A stretch of 37,700 nt of DNA from an uncultured Azospirillaceae bacterium (GTDB lineage: Bacteria; Pseudomonadota; Alphaproteobacteria; Rickettsiales; UBA3002): positions 1 to 37,700 of the forward strand of contig CAYFFN010000002.1 in NCBI GenBank assembly GCA_964342335.1, written 5' to 3'. Under the pieces are notes generated by a model. That model was not told the DNA's origin and did not search any database. It saw only the letters and a program-made list of their open reading frames with translations. Positions within the stretch are counted from its first letter, which is position 1, and each line of letters opens with the position of its first letter. Both the position numbers and the translations under genes were made by a program. Shown piece by piece: positions 18,480-27,523 of the stretch.

Positions 18480-19566
18480 AGACGAAATCAAAACCAAAGG
18501 CCCCATCTCCATCGCACGCTATATGGAGCTGGCGCTTGGCCACCCCGAGCAGGGCTATTACATCAAGCGTGATCCGTTTGGTGAGCGTGGCGATTTTATT
18601 ACCGCTCCCGAAATCAGCCAAATCTTTGGCGAGATGATTGGCCTATGGTGCGCCGAGCTTTGGATGCAGCTCGGTGGAGGGCCTTTCCAACTGGTGGAGC
18701 TAGGGCCCGGCCGAGGCACGCTCATGCGCGATGCGTTGCGCGCGACCCGTCACGTGGATGGGTTCCATGAGCATATGAGCATCCATTTTGTCGAGACGAG
18801 TCCGGTGCTGCAAGATGCACAATATTACGCCGTGCGTGAAGAGCATGACCGCGTCGAGTGGCATGAGTCGCTAGAAGACGTGCCCGAGCAGATGAGTATT
18901 TTCATCGCCAATGAATTTTTCGACGCGCTGCCCATACGCCAACATATGCAAACCGATGCGGGCATGAAAGAACGTCTCGTCGGGCTGGATGAGGCGGGCG
19001 AGCTCTGTTTTGTGTTAGAGGCAGGCGGCCTAACCCTCGCGAAGGGTGAGAGCACGATTGCCGAAGGCACGGTGATGGAAAGCTGCACCGCAGGCAAGCA
19101 AGTGATGGGCGAGATTACCCGCCGCATTAAAGCATGGAATGGCGGCGCATTGATTATCGATTATGGCTATCTCGGTGAGGCGCATCAAGACACGCTGCAA
19201 GCGCTTAAAAATCACGCCTTCCATAATGTGCTCAGCGAGCCCGGCGAGGCAGACATCACCGCGCATGTGGATTTTGCTGCACTCATGGAAGTGGCCGAGA
19301 GCCAGCATGTCGGCGTGCATGGCACGGTGAATCAGGGCACGTTGCTTTCGCGACTTGGCGCAGAATTGCGCGTGAATATGCTGTTGCAACATTGCTCTCC
19401 CGAGCAACAAGAGCAATTGATTAGCGGGCTACGCCGCTTGGTTGACCCGAATCAAATGGGCGAATTATTCAAGGCGATTGCCGTCACTGCAAGCCCCTCG
19501 ATTGTGCCCGCAGGTTTCGAAGAAGGAGAGCCAGACCATGCCTATCCAGACGAAGAATCTGAGTGA
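18457..19566 (+). CDS. class I SAM-dependent methyltransferase, MidA/NDUFAF7 (DUF185) family
   Basis: Motifs seen: I....YM...L..P..GYY......FG..GDFITAPEISQ.FGE, LVELGPGRGTLM, ANEFFDALP. It overlaps the lgt 3' end by 23 nt. Confidence 0.85.
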   Translation: MSLASLIKDEIKTKGPISIARYMELALGHPEQGYYIKRDPFGERGDFITAPEISQIFGEMIGLWCAELWMQLGGGPFQLVELGPGRGTLMRDALRATRHVDGFHEHMSIHFVETSPVLQDAQYYAVREEHDRVEWHESLEDVPEQMSIFIANEFFDALPIRQHMQTDAGMKERLVGLDEAGELCFVLEAGGLTLAKGESTIAEGTVMESCTAGKQVMGEITRRIKAWNGGALIIDYGYLGEAHQDTLQALKNHAFHNVLSEPGEADITAHVDFAALMEVAESQHVGVHGTVNQGTLLSRLGAELRVNMLLQHCSPEQQEQLISGLRRLVDPNQMGELFKAIAVTASPSIVPAGFEEGEPDHAYPDEESE

Positions 19567-20305
19567 TCTTTCAGGGGTTTCTCACGGCTTTTTCACCCGC
19601 GAAGGTGGGGTGAGCGAAGGCATCTACGCCTCCCTTAATTGCGGCCCCGGCTCCAAGGATGATGGCCTGCGTGTGGCGGAGAACCGTGCCCGCGTGGCAG
19701 AGGCCATTTCCGGCAGCAAAGAGACGCCGCTTTGCACGCTGTATCAAATCCATTCCCCCGATGTGATTACCCTGTTGCAGCCATGGGAACATGCCGATGC
19801 ACCCAAGGCCGATGCAATGGTGACCAAGCAAAAGAATGTAGTGCTAGGCGTGCTAACGGCAGACTGCACCCCTGTGCTTTTTGCCGATGCCAAAGCGGGC
19901 GTAATTGGCTGTGCCCATGCCGGATGGAAGGGTGCACTTTCGGGCATCATTCGAAATACGATTGAAGCAATGGAATCCCTCGGTGCGACCCGTGCGAATA
20001 TCCACGCCTCTATCGGTGCGTGCATCGCGCAGGATTCCTATGAGGTGGGTGAGGAGTTTATGCAAAACTTCTTGCAGCAAAGCACCGAGAATAAATGGTT
20101 CTTCCTCGATGGCGCGCCGGGCAAATATTGGTTCGACTTACCGGCTTATGTTCGCAGCCGTTTGGAGAAAGAGGCGATTGCCTCCATCGGCGCGGTGGGT
20201 GAGGATACCTATATGGAAGAAGAGCGCTATTTCAGCTTCCGCCGCACCACCCACAATTCTGAAGCAGATTACGGCAGACAAATCTCCGCGATTTGTCTTT
20301 TATAA
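19538..20305 (+). CDS. pgeF: peptidoglycan editing factor PgeF (YfiH/DUF152 laccase-like family)
   Basis: I prefer the start at the internal ATG at 19538 because GAAGGAGAG lies upstream. Motifs seen: HGFFTR.GGVS, ADA..T, LTADC.PVLF, H.GW.G, SFRR. Confidence 0.85.
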   Translation: MPIQTKNLSDLSGVSHGFFTREGGVSEGIYASLNCGPGSKDDGLRVAENRARVAEAISGSKETPLCTLYQIHSPDVITLLQPWEHADAPKADAMVTKQKNVVLGVLTADCTPVLFADAKAGVIGCAHAGWKGALSGIIRNTIEAMESLGATRANIHASIGACIAQDSYEVGEEFMQNFLQQSTENKWFFLDGAPGKYWFDLPAYVRSRLEKEAIASIGAVGEDTYMEEERYFSFRRTTHNSEADYGRQISAICLL

Positions 20306-20384
20306 TCGCCCCTGCTCCGCGCTTCCTGCGCTACGCAATAGGCCTAAGCGCTTCGCGCACTAAAGATTGGCCTGCTGGCCAAAA
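20306..20384 (-). repeat. 'B' structured intergenic repeat, copy B2 (inverted orientation)
   Basis: The reverse complement reads TTTTGGCCagcaGGCCAATCTTTAGT-GCGCgaaGCGC-TTAGGCCTATTGCG-taGCGCaggaaGCGC-GGAGCAGGGGCGA. It starts 1 nt after the pgeF stop. Confidence 0.7.
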
Positions 20385-20447
20385 CACGATGCTTGTCTCT
20401 CTCATTTTTTCTTAGTAGATAGGCAGTAACAACAAGATAGGTGCCTT

Positions 20448-21323
20448 ATGTCGATAATACCTTTTGATAAACGTGACGGCTTCATCTGGATGGATGGAGA
20501 GATGGTTGAGTGGCAAAACGCCAAAACCCACGTGCTCAATCACGGGCTGCATTATGCGAGCAGCGTGTTTGAGGGGATTCGCGTCTATGAGGGAAACATC
20601 TTCAAGCTGACCGAACACTCCGAGCGTTTGATTCGTTCCGCTGAGATTTTGGATTTCAAAATTCCCTACAGCGTAGAAGAGCTGGATGCTGCGACCAAGG
20701 CGATTGTCGAGAAGCAAGGCATCGTGAATGGCTATATCCGCCCCGTCGCGTGGCGCGGTAGCGAGATGATGGCGATTAGTGCGCAGCATAGCACTACCCA
20801 TGTGGCGATTGCGACGTGGGAATGGCCGAACCTGTTCAAAGGTGATGCGGTGAATGAGGGCATCCGCGTGAAGACGTCGAGCTGGAAGCGCCCCGCACCG
20901 GATACGGCCCCTTGTGCGAGTAAGGCAGCAGGTCTCTATATGATTTGCACCATGAGCAAGCACGAAGCCCAGCGCGATGGCTATGACGACGCGCTGATGC
21001 ATGACTGGCGCGGATACGTCGCTGAGCTGACAGGCGCAAACTTGTTCTTCCGTTTTGGCGATGCGCTACACACCCCAACGCCGGACTGCTTCCTAGACGG
21101 CATCACCCGCCGCACGGTGATTGATCTTGCGAAGAAAGAGGGCATCGAAGTGGTAGAGCGCCACATCCAGCCCGAAGAGTTGAAGGATGCAACAGAAGTA
21201 TTCGCCACCGGCACCGCAGCCGAAGTCACCCCGATTGCCTCAATTGATGATAATCACTATGGCGTGGGGAATATGACCAAGAACCTCCAAGCCGCGTATC
21301 ATGAACTGGTAAGAAAGAAGTAG
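20448..21323 (+). CDS. ilvE: branched-chain amino acid aminotransferase (class IV)
   Basis: The 291-aa protein contains WMDGE.V.W..A..HV..H.LHY...VFEG.R.Y, YIRP and GAN.F, the fold-type IV pattern. Confidence 0.9.
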   Translation: MSIIPFDKRDGFIWMDGEMVEWQNAKTHVLNHGLHYASSVFEGIRVYEGNIFKLTEHSERLIRSAEILDFKIPYSVEELDAATKAIVEKQGIVNGYIRPVAWRGSEMMAISAQHSTTHVAIATWEWPNLFKGDAVNEGIRVKTSSWKRPAPDTAPCASKAAGLYMICTMSKHEAQRDGYDDALMHDWRGYVAELTGANLFFRFGDALHTPTPDCFLDGITRRTVIDLAKKEGIEVVERHIQPEELKDATEVFATGTAAEVTPIASIDDNHYGVGNMTKNLQAAYHELVRKK

Positions 21324-21553
21324 TACACTCGGCTTCGCCTCGCTATTTCGCTCCGCTCGGGCGATGCGCGGCGCTTCGCCCTACGGGCTACGGGTCGCAT
21401 CCTTACGGAATGCTCCCTCTCGTACCCATGATAAGTCAAGAATGCGAGCTTGCCCGATTAGGGCGCGAGCGATGGCGCGACTGCGCCACGCCAAATGTTT
21501 GGCGGGCGTGCCTAGCCGGCAAGACGGCGAAATAGCGAGCAACGCGAGTGTAC
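21323..21553. mobile_element. MITE-like non-autonomous element 'A' (231 bp) with ~27-nt imperfect terminal inverted repeats and flanking TA
   Basis: The left end is GTACACTCGGCTTCGCCTCGCTATTTCGC. The reverse complement of the right end is GTACACTCGCGTTGCTCGCTATTTCGC. The element is flanked by TA on both sides, has no coding capacity of its own, and has related copies at 5973 and 31170..31193. Confidence 0.6.
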
Positions 21554-22089
21554 TACCTAAGCGCCTTCAAGCAGACTTTACTATACTGATAGCCCGTAAT
21601 CACCGTTAGTGCGGTAGCAACCCAGAGCAGTATATCCCCTGCTTCATAGGCGTAAGGCACGAGACCGCCGAGCAGTAAGGCGCAAATGGCAATCATTTGC
21701 GTGGCGGTTTTCCATTTTGCGAGTTTAGAGACATGCACCACCGTGGCGCCGGCGAGCGCTTCGCGCAGCCCCGCCACCCAAATTTCGCGGCAGATAATGA
21801 GGCTCACGGCAATGAAATGCGCGCGGTTATCGAGCATCAGAATAATAAGCGCGACCGCAACAATAAGCTTGTCCGATACAGGGTCGAGCGCACGCCCTAC
21901 ATTGCTCATCACATTCCATTTGCGCGCGAGATAGCCATCGAAAAAGTCGGTGATGCTGGCAAGCGCGAACAGCGCAAACTGGGTAAGATAGCGCGAATCC
22001 TCCGGCAGATAATAGGCCGCCACATACAGCGGAATAATCGCAATACGCAGATAGGTGAGCTGATTAGGAATGTCTTTTTTCGCGAACAT
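21553..22089 (-). CDS. pgsA: CDP-diacylglycerol--glycerol-3-phosphate 3-phosphatidyltransferase
   Basis: The sequence PN.LT..R....P.......DFFDGYLAR......GR.LDP..DK carries the CDP-alcohol phosphatidyltransferase motif. The protein is multi-TM. Confidence 0.9.
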   Translation of the reverse strand: MFAKKDIPNQLTYLRIAIIPLYVAAYYLPEDSRYLTQFALFALASITDFFDGYLARKWNVMSNVGRALDPVSDKLIVAVALIILMLDNRAHFIAVSLIICREIWVAGLREALAGATVVHVSKLAKWKTATQMIAICALLLGGLVPYAYEAGDILLWVATALTVITGYQYSKVCLKALR

Positions 22090-22128
22090 AGAAGCGGAGT
22101 ATAGAGATTAGAAAGAACGGAGCAAGGG

Positions 22129-22215
22129 ACAAGAAGCGAGGTTAGTAAACCGAGCCCTTTAGTCGCCGAAGGCGTTAGGCTCATTGTGCGGAGCAGTAGC
22201 GAAGCACAGGAGCAA
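22129..22215 (+). repeat. 'B' structured intergenic repeat, copy B3 (long-left-arm variant)
   Basis: The sequence is ACAAGAAGCGAGG..CCGAGCCCTTTAGT-CGCCgaaGGCG-TTAGGCTCATTGTGCG-..-CACAGGAGCAAG. It lies between the convergent pgsA start region and the uvrC 3' end. Confidence 0.65.
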
Positions 22216-22226
22216 GTTATATACTC

Positions 22227-24080
22227 CTAACTATGAAAATAATCGTAAATCGTTTTCGCCACGGTTTTGCTGATGCCCTCTACATTCTGTAGCTCGGCAA
22301 GGGTGGCTTGCTCTACGCCGGACTTGGAGCCGAAATGTTGCAGTAGGGCACGTTTGCGGGTTGCGCCGACATTGGGGATGTCATCCAGCTCGGATTTTTG
22401 CAGGCTCTTGGAGCGCTTATTGCGGTGGGAGCCGATGGCATAGCGGTGGGCTTCGTCGCGCAGGCGTTGCAGATAATGCAGGCTGGAATCTCCCGGCGGG
22501 AGCTGGAACGGCTCGCGCTCCGGCATGAAGAATTGCTCGCGCCCTGCATTGCGGTCGGGCCCTTTGGCGATGGCGACTAAGGTAATATCGGCAATGCCGA
22601 GTTCTTCCATTACGCCGCGCACAATACCAAGCTGGCCGAGCCCACCATCGATGAGTACGAGGTCGGGCCAATGCTCGCGTGTGTGGTCGGGGTCTTCTTT
22701 TTGTAGGCGCGAGAAACGGCGGGTAAAGACTTCGCGCATCATCGCGTAATCATCGCCGGGCTCGGTCTCAAAATCTTTGATGTTAAAGCGGCGATAGCCA
22801 CTGCTATCGAACCCGTCTGGCGTCGCGGCGATCATCGCGCCGAGCGCGTGGCTTCCCATGATGTGGCTGTTATCATAGACCTCGATACGTTGCGGGGCGG
22901 CATCCATGCCAAATGTCTCGGCGAGCATCTCCAGCAGTTTGGCATCGCTGGCGCGTGCGGTGATGTGTCGCTCCAGCGCGACCTTCGCGTTGGTTTCGGC
23001 TTGAGTGATGACGTCTTTCTTGTCGCCGCGCTGGGGCAGATGGATTTGCACCTTATAAGGCGTGCGAAGCGATAGTGCCTCTTCTAATACGGCCTGTTCT
23101 TGTGGCTCGGTGTTGAGGATGATTTCTTTCGGCGGGGTATGGCGTTGATAGAATTGGCCGATGAAGGCTGCCATAATCTCGGCGGGTTCGGCATCTTTCG
23201 CGTGGCGAGGGAAGTAGGATTGGTGGCCAAAATGGTTGCCGCCACGGAAGAAGAAGACCTGCACGCAGCTCACCTCGTTGCCGTGGATGAGCGCCATCAC
23301 ATCCGCATCGCCAATGCCTGCAACGCGCAATTTCTGTTCTTGCTGCACGCGGGTGAGGGCACGGATGCGGTCGCGTAGGGCGGCGGCCTTTTCGTAATCC
23401 ATCGCCGCGCTGGCATCTTCCATCTCCTTCACGAGCCGTTCTTGGATGCCGCGGCTTTTGCCATGCAGAAAGTCGGTTGCCTCGCGCACTAGCTCTGCGT
23501 AGTCGGCTTTGCTGATGTAATCCACGCAAGGGGCGGAGCAGCGTTTGATTTGGTATTGCAGGCAAGGGCGCGTGCGGTTCTTGAAGATGCTATCGGAGCA
23601 GGGGCGCAGCAAGAACGCCTTCTGCAATGTCGCGATGGAGGCGTTAACTGCCCCAGCCGAGGCGAACGGGCCAAAATAGGCTTCGCCCTTTTTCTGCGCG
23701 CCGCGATGTTTGCGGATGCGCGGGAAGTCGTGCTGCATGGTGACGGCGATATAGGGGAAGCTCTTATCGTCGCGCAGCAGGATGTTGTAGCGAGGTTTAA
23801 GCGATTTGATCATATTCGCTTCGAGCAACAGCGCCTCGGCTTCGCTTGCGGTGGTGACTATCTCCAGCTTGGCGGTCTGCGCGACCATCCGCAAAATGCG
23901 CGTGGTGAGTTGGCGTTGCGAGGCATAGTTGCTCACGCGGTTTTTGAGGTTCTTCGCCTTACCAACATACAGCACGTCACCTGCCACATTCAGCATGCGG
24001 TACACGCCGGGTTTGGTCGGCATGGTTTGCAGCGCCTCTTTAATGACTTCAACGCCCATCTTCGGATTCTCTTCTGACAT
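22227..24080 (-). CDS. uvrC: excinuclease ABC subunit C
   Basis: It has a GIY-YIG N-terminus (PGVYRM....G..LYVGKAKNL..R), a UVR domain, an endonuclease V-like domain and a C-terminal HhH2. I prefer the start at the ATG at 24080 (MSEENPK). Confidence 0.93.
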   Translation of the reverse strand: MSEENPKMGVEVIKEALQTMPTKPGVYRMLNVAGDVLYVGKAKNLKNRVSNYASQRQLTTRILRMVAQTAKLEIVTTASEAEALLLEANMIKSLKPRYNILLRDDKSFPYIAVTMQHDFPRIRKHRGAQKKGEAYFGPFASAGAVNASIATLQKAFLLRPCSDSIFKNRTRPCLQYQIKRCSAPCVDYISKADYAELVREATDFLHGKSRGIQERLVKEMEDASAAMDYEKAAALRDRIRALTRVQQEQKLRVAGIGDADVMALIHGNEVSCVQVFFFRGGNHFGHQSYFPRHAKDAEPAEIMAAFIGQFYQRHTPPKEIILNTEPQEQAVLEEALSLRTPYKVQIHLPQRGDKKDVITQAETNAKVALERHITARASDAKLLEMLAETFGMDAAPQRIEVYDNSHIMGSHALGAMIAATPDGFDSSGYRRFNIKDFETEPGDDYAMMREVFTRRFSRLQKEDPDHTREHWPDLVLIDGGLGQLGIVRGVMEELGIADITLVAIAKGPDRNAGREQFFMPEREPFQLPPGDSSLHYLQRLRDEAHRYAIGSHRNKRSKSLQKSELDDIPNVGATRKRALLQHFGSKSGVEQATLAELQNVEGISKTVAKTIYDYFHS

Positions 24081-24358
24081 GCTCTTTAGGTAGTCCGAAA
24101 AAATAGTGATGTAAATGAAGGCTCTGGATTGGATATCCACCAAATCTGGGGATAAGCCTGTGAGTGAAAAATCGGATAAGTCATAAGCGGCTCATTTGTA
24201 AGGAAATGTTTTCCTATCGCCACAGGGAGTAGCAAGAATAAGCCGCTGAAATTTAGAGCCATATAGCGCCGAGTTGCGCATATGGCACAGTTGATTCACT
24301 GGTGTGGATTCCAGGCAACGCTCTGTGTTGCCTGTGAACAACTTACATACATTTCAGA

Positions 24359-25093
24359 TCAGATTCTTCGTGTTAAGTGTTGGCCGCCGGCCAAAGAAAT
24401 GACCTGTCCGGTGACACTCTGCGCATCCAGTAGCCAGTTAACCGCATCCAAAATTTCACTTGGATTGCTCTCGCGCTGCAAGGGTGTTTTGGCCGCGACA
24501 CGGGCGAACATCTCTGGGTCATCTTCGGGGCGCGGCAGGCTGAGGCCGAGCGCCAGCATGTTGATGCGCAGCTCGGGCGCGAGCGATTCGCCGAGCAAAG
24601 CGGGCAGGGATTCCATAGCGCTGCGACTCACGCCATAAGAGAGGAACGCGGGAGAATGGCTCCAACCTTTCAGCCCGTCGCCCAGCAAAATAAGTGGTGC
24701 GGGGGAGTCTGCTTTGAGTGTTTTGCGCTGCGCATGGAAATGTTTGGCGAGCGATAGGCTGGCATAGCAATGCACGCGCATATGGGCATCGAGTGTTTGC
24801 CACGTAAAGTCTTCCCAGCCGTCTTTCTCAAAGAGAGAGGCGTTGTGAATTACCGCATCCAAACCACCGCATCCCGCCAGCACGCGCGGGATGAGTTCCT
24901 CTGTCGCCGCTTCGTTGGTGAGGTCAGCTTGAAAGAGCTGACAAGCATCCCCCAGCTCGGCTTGTAGAGCTTCGGCCTCTGTTTGGGAGTGATGGTAATG
25001 CAGCGCCATTTGCCAGCTCTGCGCATGCAGGCTGTGGGCCAGCTCTGCACCGATACGCTTGGCACCGCCAGTAATGAGAATGGTTTTGGTCAT
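24359..25093 (-). CDS. SDR-family oxidoreductase (pteridine/dihydromonapterin reductase-like)
   Basis: It has the TGGAKRIG Rossmann motif, a short-chain dehydrogenase length of 244 aa and YxxxK-type spacing (YGVSRSA). Substrate assignment is tentative. Confidence 0.75.
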   Translation of the reverse strand: MTKTILITGGAKRIGAELAHSLHAQSWQMALHYHHSQTEAEALQAELGDACQLFQADLTNEAATEELIPRVLAGCGGLDAVIHNASLFEKDGWEDFTWQTLDAHMRVHCYASLSLAKHFHAQRKTLKADSPAPLILLGDGLKGWSHSPAFLSYGVSRSAMESLPALLGESLAPELRINMLALGLSLPRPEDDPEMFARVAAKTPLQRESNPSEILDAVNWLLDAQSVTGQVISLAGGQHLTRRI

Positions 25094-25132
25094 GCTATTA
25101 CTTAACAGGAATTAAAATAGTTTGACAATAAT

Positions 25133-26092
25133 ATGGCAGCGCAGCACAAAGAGGGCATGAAAATTCTTGCCTGCAACAGCAATGAGCCGCTCGCCAAAGC
25201 CATGGCCGATTATCTCGGCGTGGGATTGACCGATGCGAAGGTGCAGCGCTTTTCTGATAAAGAGATTTTTGTAGAGATTCAGGAGAATGTCCGCGGCGAA
25301 GATATGTTCGTGGTGCAGTCTACTTCCTGCCCATCCAATGACCATATAATGGAATTGCTGATTTGCTTGGATGCGCTAAAGCGCGCTTCGGCGCGTCGTA
25401 TCACGGCCGTGATTCCGTATTTTGGCTATGCGCGTCAGGACCGTAAGCCCGGCCCACGCACGCCGATTACGGCGAAGCTGGTGGCGAATCTTATTACCTC
25501 AGCAGGAGCAGATCGCGTACTGACCGTAGATTTGCACGCGGGGCAGATTCAGGGCTTCTTCGATATTCCGTTGGATCATCTTTATGCCCGCCCAGTCATG
25601 GTGGCGGATATTAAGGAACATTACCCCGAAGCGGATAAGCTGGTGGTGGTATCGCCGGATGTAGGCGGGGTGGTGCGCGCGCGTTCCCTCGCGAAGCGCC
25701 TTCATGCCGAGCTGGCGATTGTCGATAAGCGCCGCGAGAAGGCAGGCGTGTCCGAAGTCATGCATATTATTGGTGACGTGGATGGCCGCGATTGTATCCT
25801 GTTTGACGATATCGTCGATTCGGGCGGCACGCTCTGCAACGCGGCGGAAGCGCTGCTGGATAAAGGTGCGCGTTCGGTTGCAGCCTATGTGACCCATGGC
25901 GTGCTTTCAGGCAAGGCGGTGGAGCGCATTACTGCGTCGCGCCTTGAGTCTTTGGTGATTACCGACACAATTGCCGCAACCGCAGATGTCAAAAATGCCA
26001 AGAATATCAGAGAGGTAAGCGTAGCTCCGCTGCTCGCAGAGGCGGTTCAGCGTATCAGTGACGAGACCAGCGTCTCTAGCCTGTTTGATTAA
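25133..26092 (+). CDS. prs: ribose-phosphate pyrophosphokinase
   Basis: Motifs seen: [47 protein letters not shown]. An alternative start at the ATG at 25157 (MKILACNSN) is plausible because TTGACA lies at 25122..25127. Confidence 0.9.
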   Translation: MAAQHKEGMKILACNSNEPLAKAMADYLGVGLTDAKVQRFSDKEIFVEIQENVRGEDMFVVQSTSCPSNDHIMELLICLDALKRASARRITAVIPYFGYARQDRKPGPRTPITAKLVANLITSAGADRVLTVDLHAGQIQGFFDIPLDHLYARPVMVADIKEHYPEADKLVVVSPDVGGVVRARSLAKRLHAELAIVDKRREKAGVSEVMHIIGDVDGRDCILFDDIVDSGGTLCNAAEALLDKGARSVAAYVTHGVLSGKAVERITASRLESLVITDTIAATADVKNAKNIREVSVAPLLAEAVQRISDETSVSSLFD

Positions 26093-26117
26093 GCGCAAAA
26101 AAGCGCGTTTTTAGGGT

Positions 26118-26146
26118 TTGACTTACCCGCATCTTACGTTTATACA
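26118..26146 (+). promoter_or_regulatory. putative sigma70 promoter TTGACT-N17-TATACA for rplY-pth
   Basis: The hexamers are near-consensus with 17-nt spacing and lie 45 nt upstream of the rplY ATG. A weak GCGC-A6-GCGC-T5 hairpin follows prs just upstream. Confidence 0.5.
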
Positions 26147-26190
26147 CAGCCTCCTTTAAGATAAATAGGTAAGCATTTCCGGAGAATAAG

Positions 26191-26832
26191 ATGGAAGCAG
26201 CAATCACATTTGAAGCCACCCCACGCGAAAAAGAAGGCCGTGGAGCAAGCCGCGAACTGCGCCGTAATGGCCGCGTTCCTGCGATTGTATACGCAAATGG
26301 CAAAGAAAATATCAGCCTTTCAGTTGAAGAGCGCGAACTGAGCCGCGAATACCTTAAAGGTAGTTTCCGCAGCAAAGTGATCGCCTTGAACACGGGCAAA
26401 CAAACCATTCACGCTCTGGCGAAAGAAATGCAGAAGCACCCTGTGTCTGATCGTATTCAGCATGTTGACTTCCAGCAAATCGAAGCCGGTGAAGCGATTG
26501 TAGTGAACGTTCCTGTTCGCATGACCAACCGTGATCGTTGCCCAGGCATCAAGCGCGGCGGTGCATTGAACATCGTGCGTCACAATGTGGAGCTGAGCTG
26601 CACGCCAGAAACCATTCCTTCTCACCTCGAAGTAGACCTTTCTAAGGTAAATATTGGCGATTCTGTACATATCAGCCATTTGACGTTGCCAGAAGGTGTT
26701 GCTCCAGCGATTACCGATCGCGACTTTACCGTAGTGACCATCACTGGCCGCGGTAAGAAAGAAGCAGTGACGACTGAGACGGCTGAAGGTGAAGCGGCTG
26801 AAGGCGAAGCTGCAGCAGCTAAAGCTGAGTAA
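26191..26832 (+). CDS. rplY: 50S ribosomal protein L25 / general stress protein Ctc
   Basis: Motifs seen: R...GRG..R.LR..G.VPA..Y and H.VD.Q. It has an acidic Ala/Glu-rich tail. GGAGAA RBS present. Confidence 0.9.
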   Translation: MEAAITFEATPREKEGRGASRELRRNGRVPAIVYANGKENISLSVEERELSREYLKGSFRSKVIALNTGKQTIHALAKEMQKHPVSDRIQHVDFQQIEAGEAIVVNVPVRMTNRDRCPGIKRGGALNIVRHNVELSCTPETIPSHLEVDLSKVNIGDSVHISHLTLPEGVAPAITDRDFTVVTITGRGKKEAVTTETAEGEAAEGEAAAAKAE

Positions 26833-27422
26833 TGTGGCTGCTCGTTGGCCTCGGTAACCCCGGCGCCAAATACGCGCAAAACCGTCATAATATTGGATTC
26901 ATGGCCGCCGATGCGATTGCGTCGGACTATGGCTTTGCGCCGTTCTCCAGCAAGTTTCAGGGCGAAATCTCGCAAGGGACAATAGCGGGCGAGAAATGCC
27001 AGCTGCTTAAACCCCAAACCTATATGAACGAGTCTGGCCGCAGCGTGGGTGAGGCCTGCCGTTTTTTCAAAATCGAGCCAGAGAACGTCATCGTGTTTTA
27101 CGATGAGCTGGATTTGGTATTCGGCAAGTTACGCGTCAAGCAAGGCGGCGGCAATGGCGGGCATAATGGCCTGCGCTCTCTCGATGCGCATATCGGCAAA
27201 GACTATTGGCGCGTTCGCATGGGCATCGGCCACCCCGGCCATAAAGACCGCGTGACGGGCCATGTGCTCGGTGACTTTAGCAAACAAGAGCAGCCTTTCG
27301 TGCAGCAATGGTGCGACGATGTCGCCCGCCACCTCCCGCTCTTTTGGGAGAAGGAAAGTGAAGCGCTTATGAATAAGATAGCACTTGTATCTCCACCCCC
27401 CTCCGCTACAAAGGCCGAATAA
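26832..27422 (+). CDS. pth: peptidyl-tRNA hydrolase
   Basis: Motifs seen: LLVGLGNPG..Y...RHN.GF, P.TYMN.SG, YDELDL, GG.GGHNGL.S. Its start overlaps the rplY stop (TAATG). Confidence 0.92.
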   Translation: MWLLVGLGNPGAKYAQNRHNIGFMAADAIASDYGFAPFSSKFQGEISQGTIAGEKCQLLKPQTYMNESGRSVGEACRFFKIEPENVIVFYDELDLVFGKLRVKQGGGNGGHNGLRSLDAHIGKDYWRVRMGIGHPGHKDRVTGHVLGDFSKQEQPFVQQWCDDVARHLPLFWEKESEALMNKIALVSPPPSATKAE

Positions 27423-27431
27423 AAATGAACC

Positions 27432-27509
27432 TTTTGGCCAGTAGGCCAATCTTTAGTCGGCGAAGCCGTTAGGCCCATTGCGGAGACCAGTAGGTCGGAG
27501 CAGGGGCAA
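27432..27509 (+). repeat. 'B' structured intergenic repeat, copy B4
   Basis: The sequence is TTTTGGCCagtaGGCCAATCTTTAGT-CGGCgaaGCCG-TTAGGCCCATTGCG-gaGACCagtaGGTC-GGAGCAGGGGCA. It is inserted between pth and ychF. Confidence 0.7.
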
Positions 27510-27523
27510 TTAAAGGAAACTTT

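Noticed and set aside
24081-24358. The 278-bp uvrC upstream spacer, with the palindrome TGGATATCCA and the hairpin CAGGCAAC-gctctgt-GTTGCCTG, considered as an SOS box or ncRNA.
   Set aside because: No alphaproteobacterial GTTC-N7-GTTC SOS box fits. The hairpin lacks a U-tract, so at most it is a weak 3' structure for the SDR gene. The evidence is insufficient for a call.
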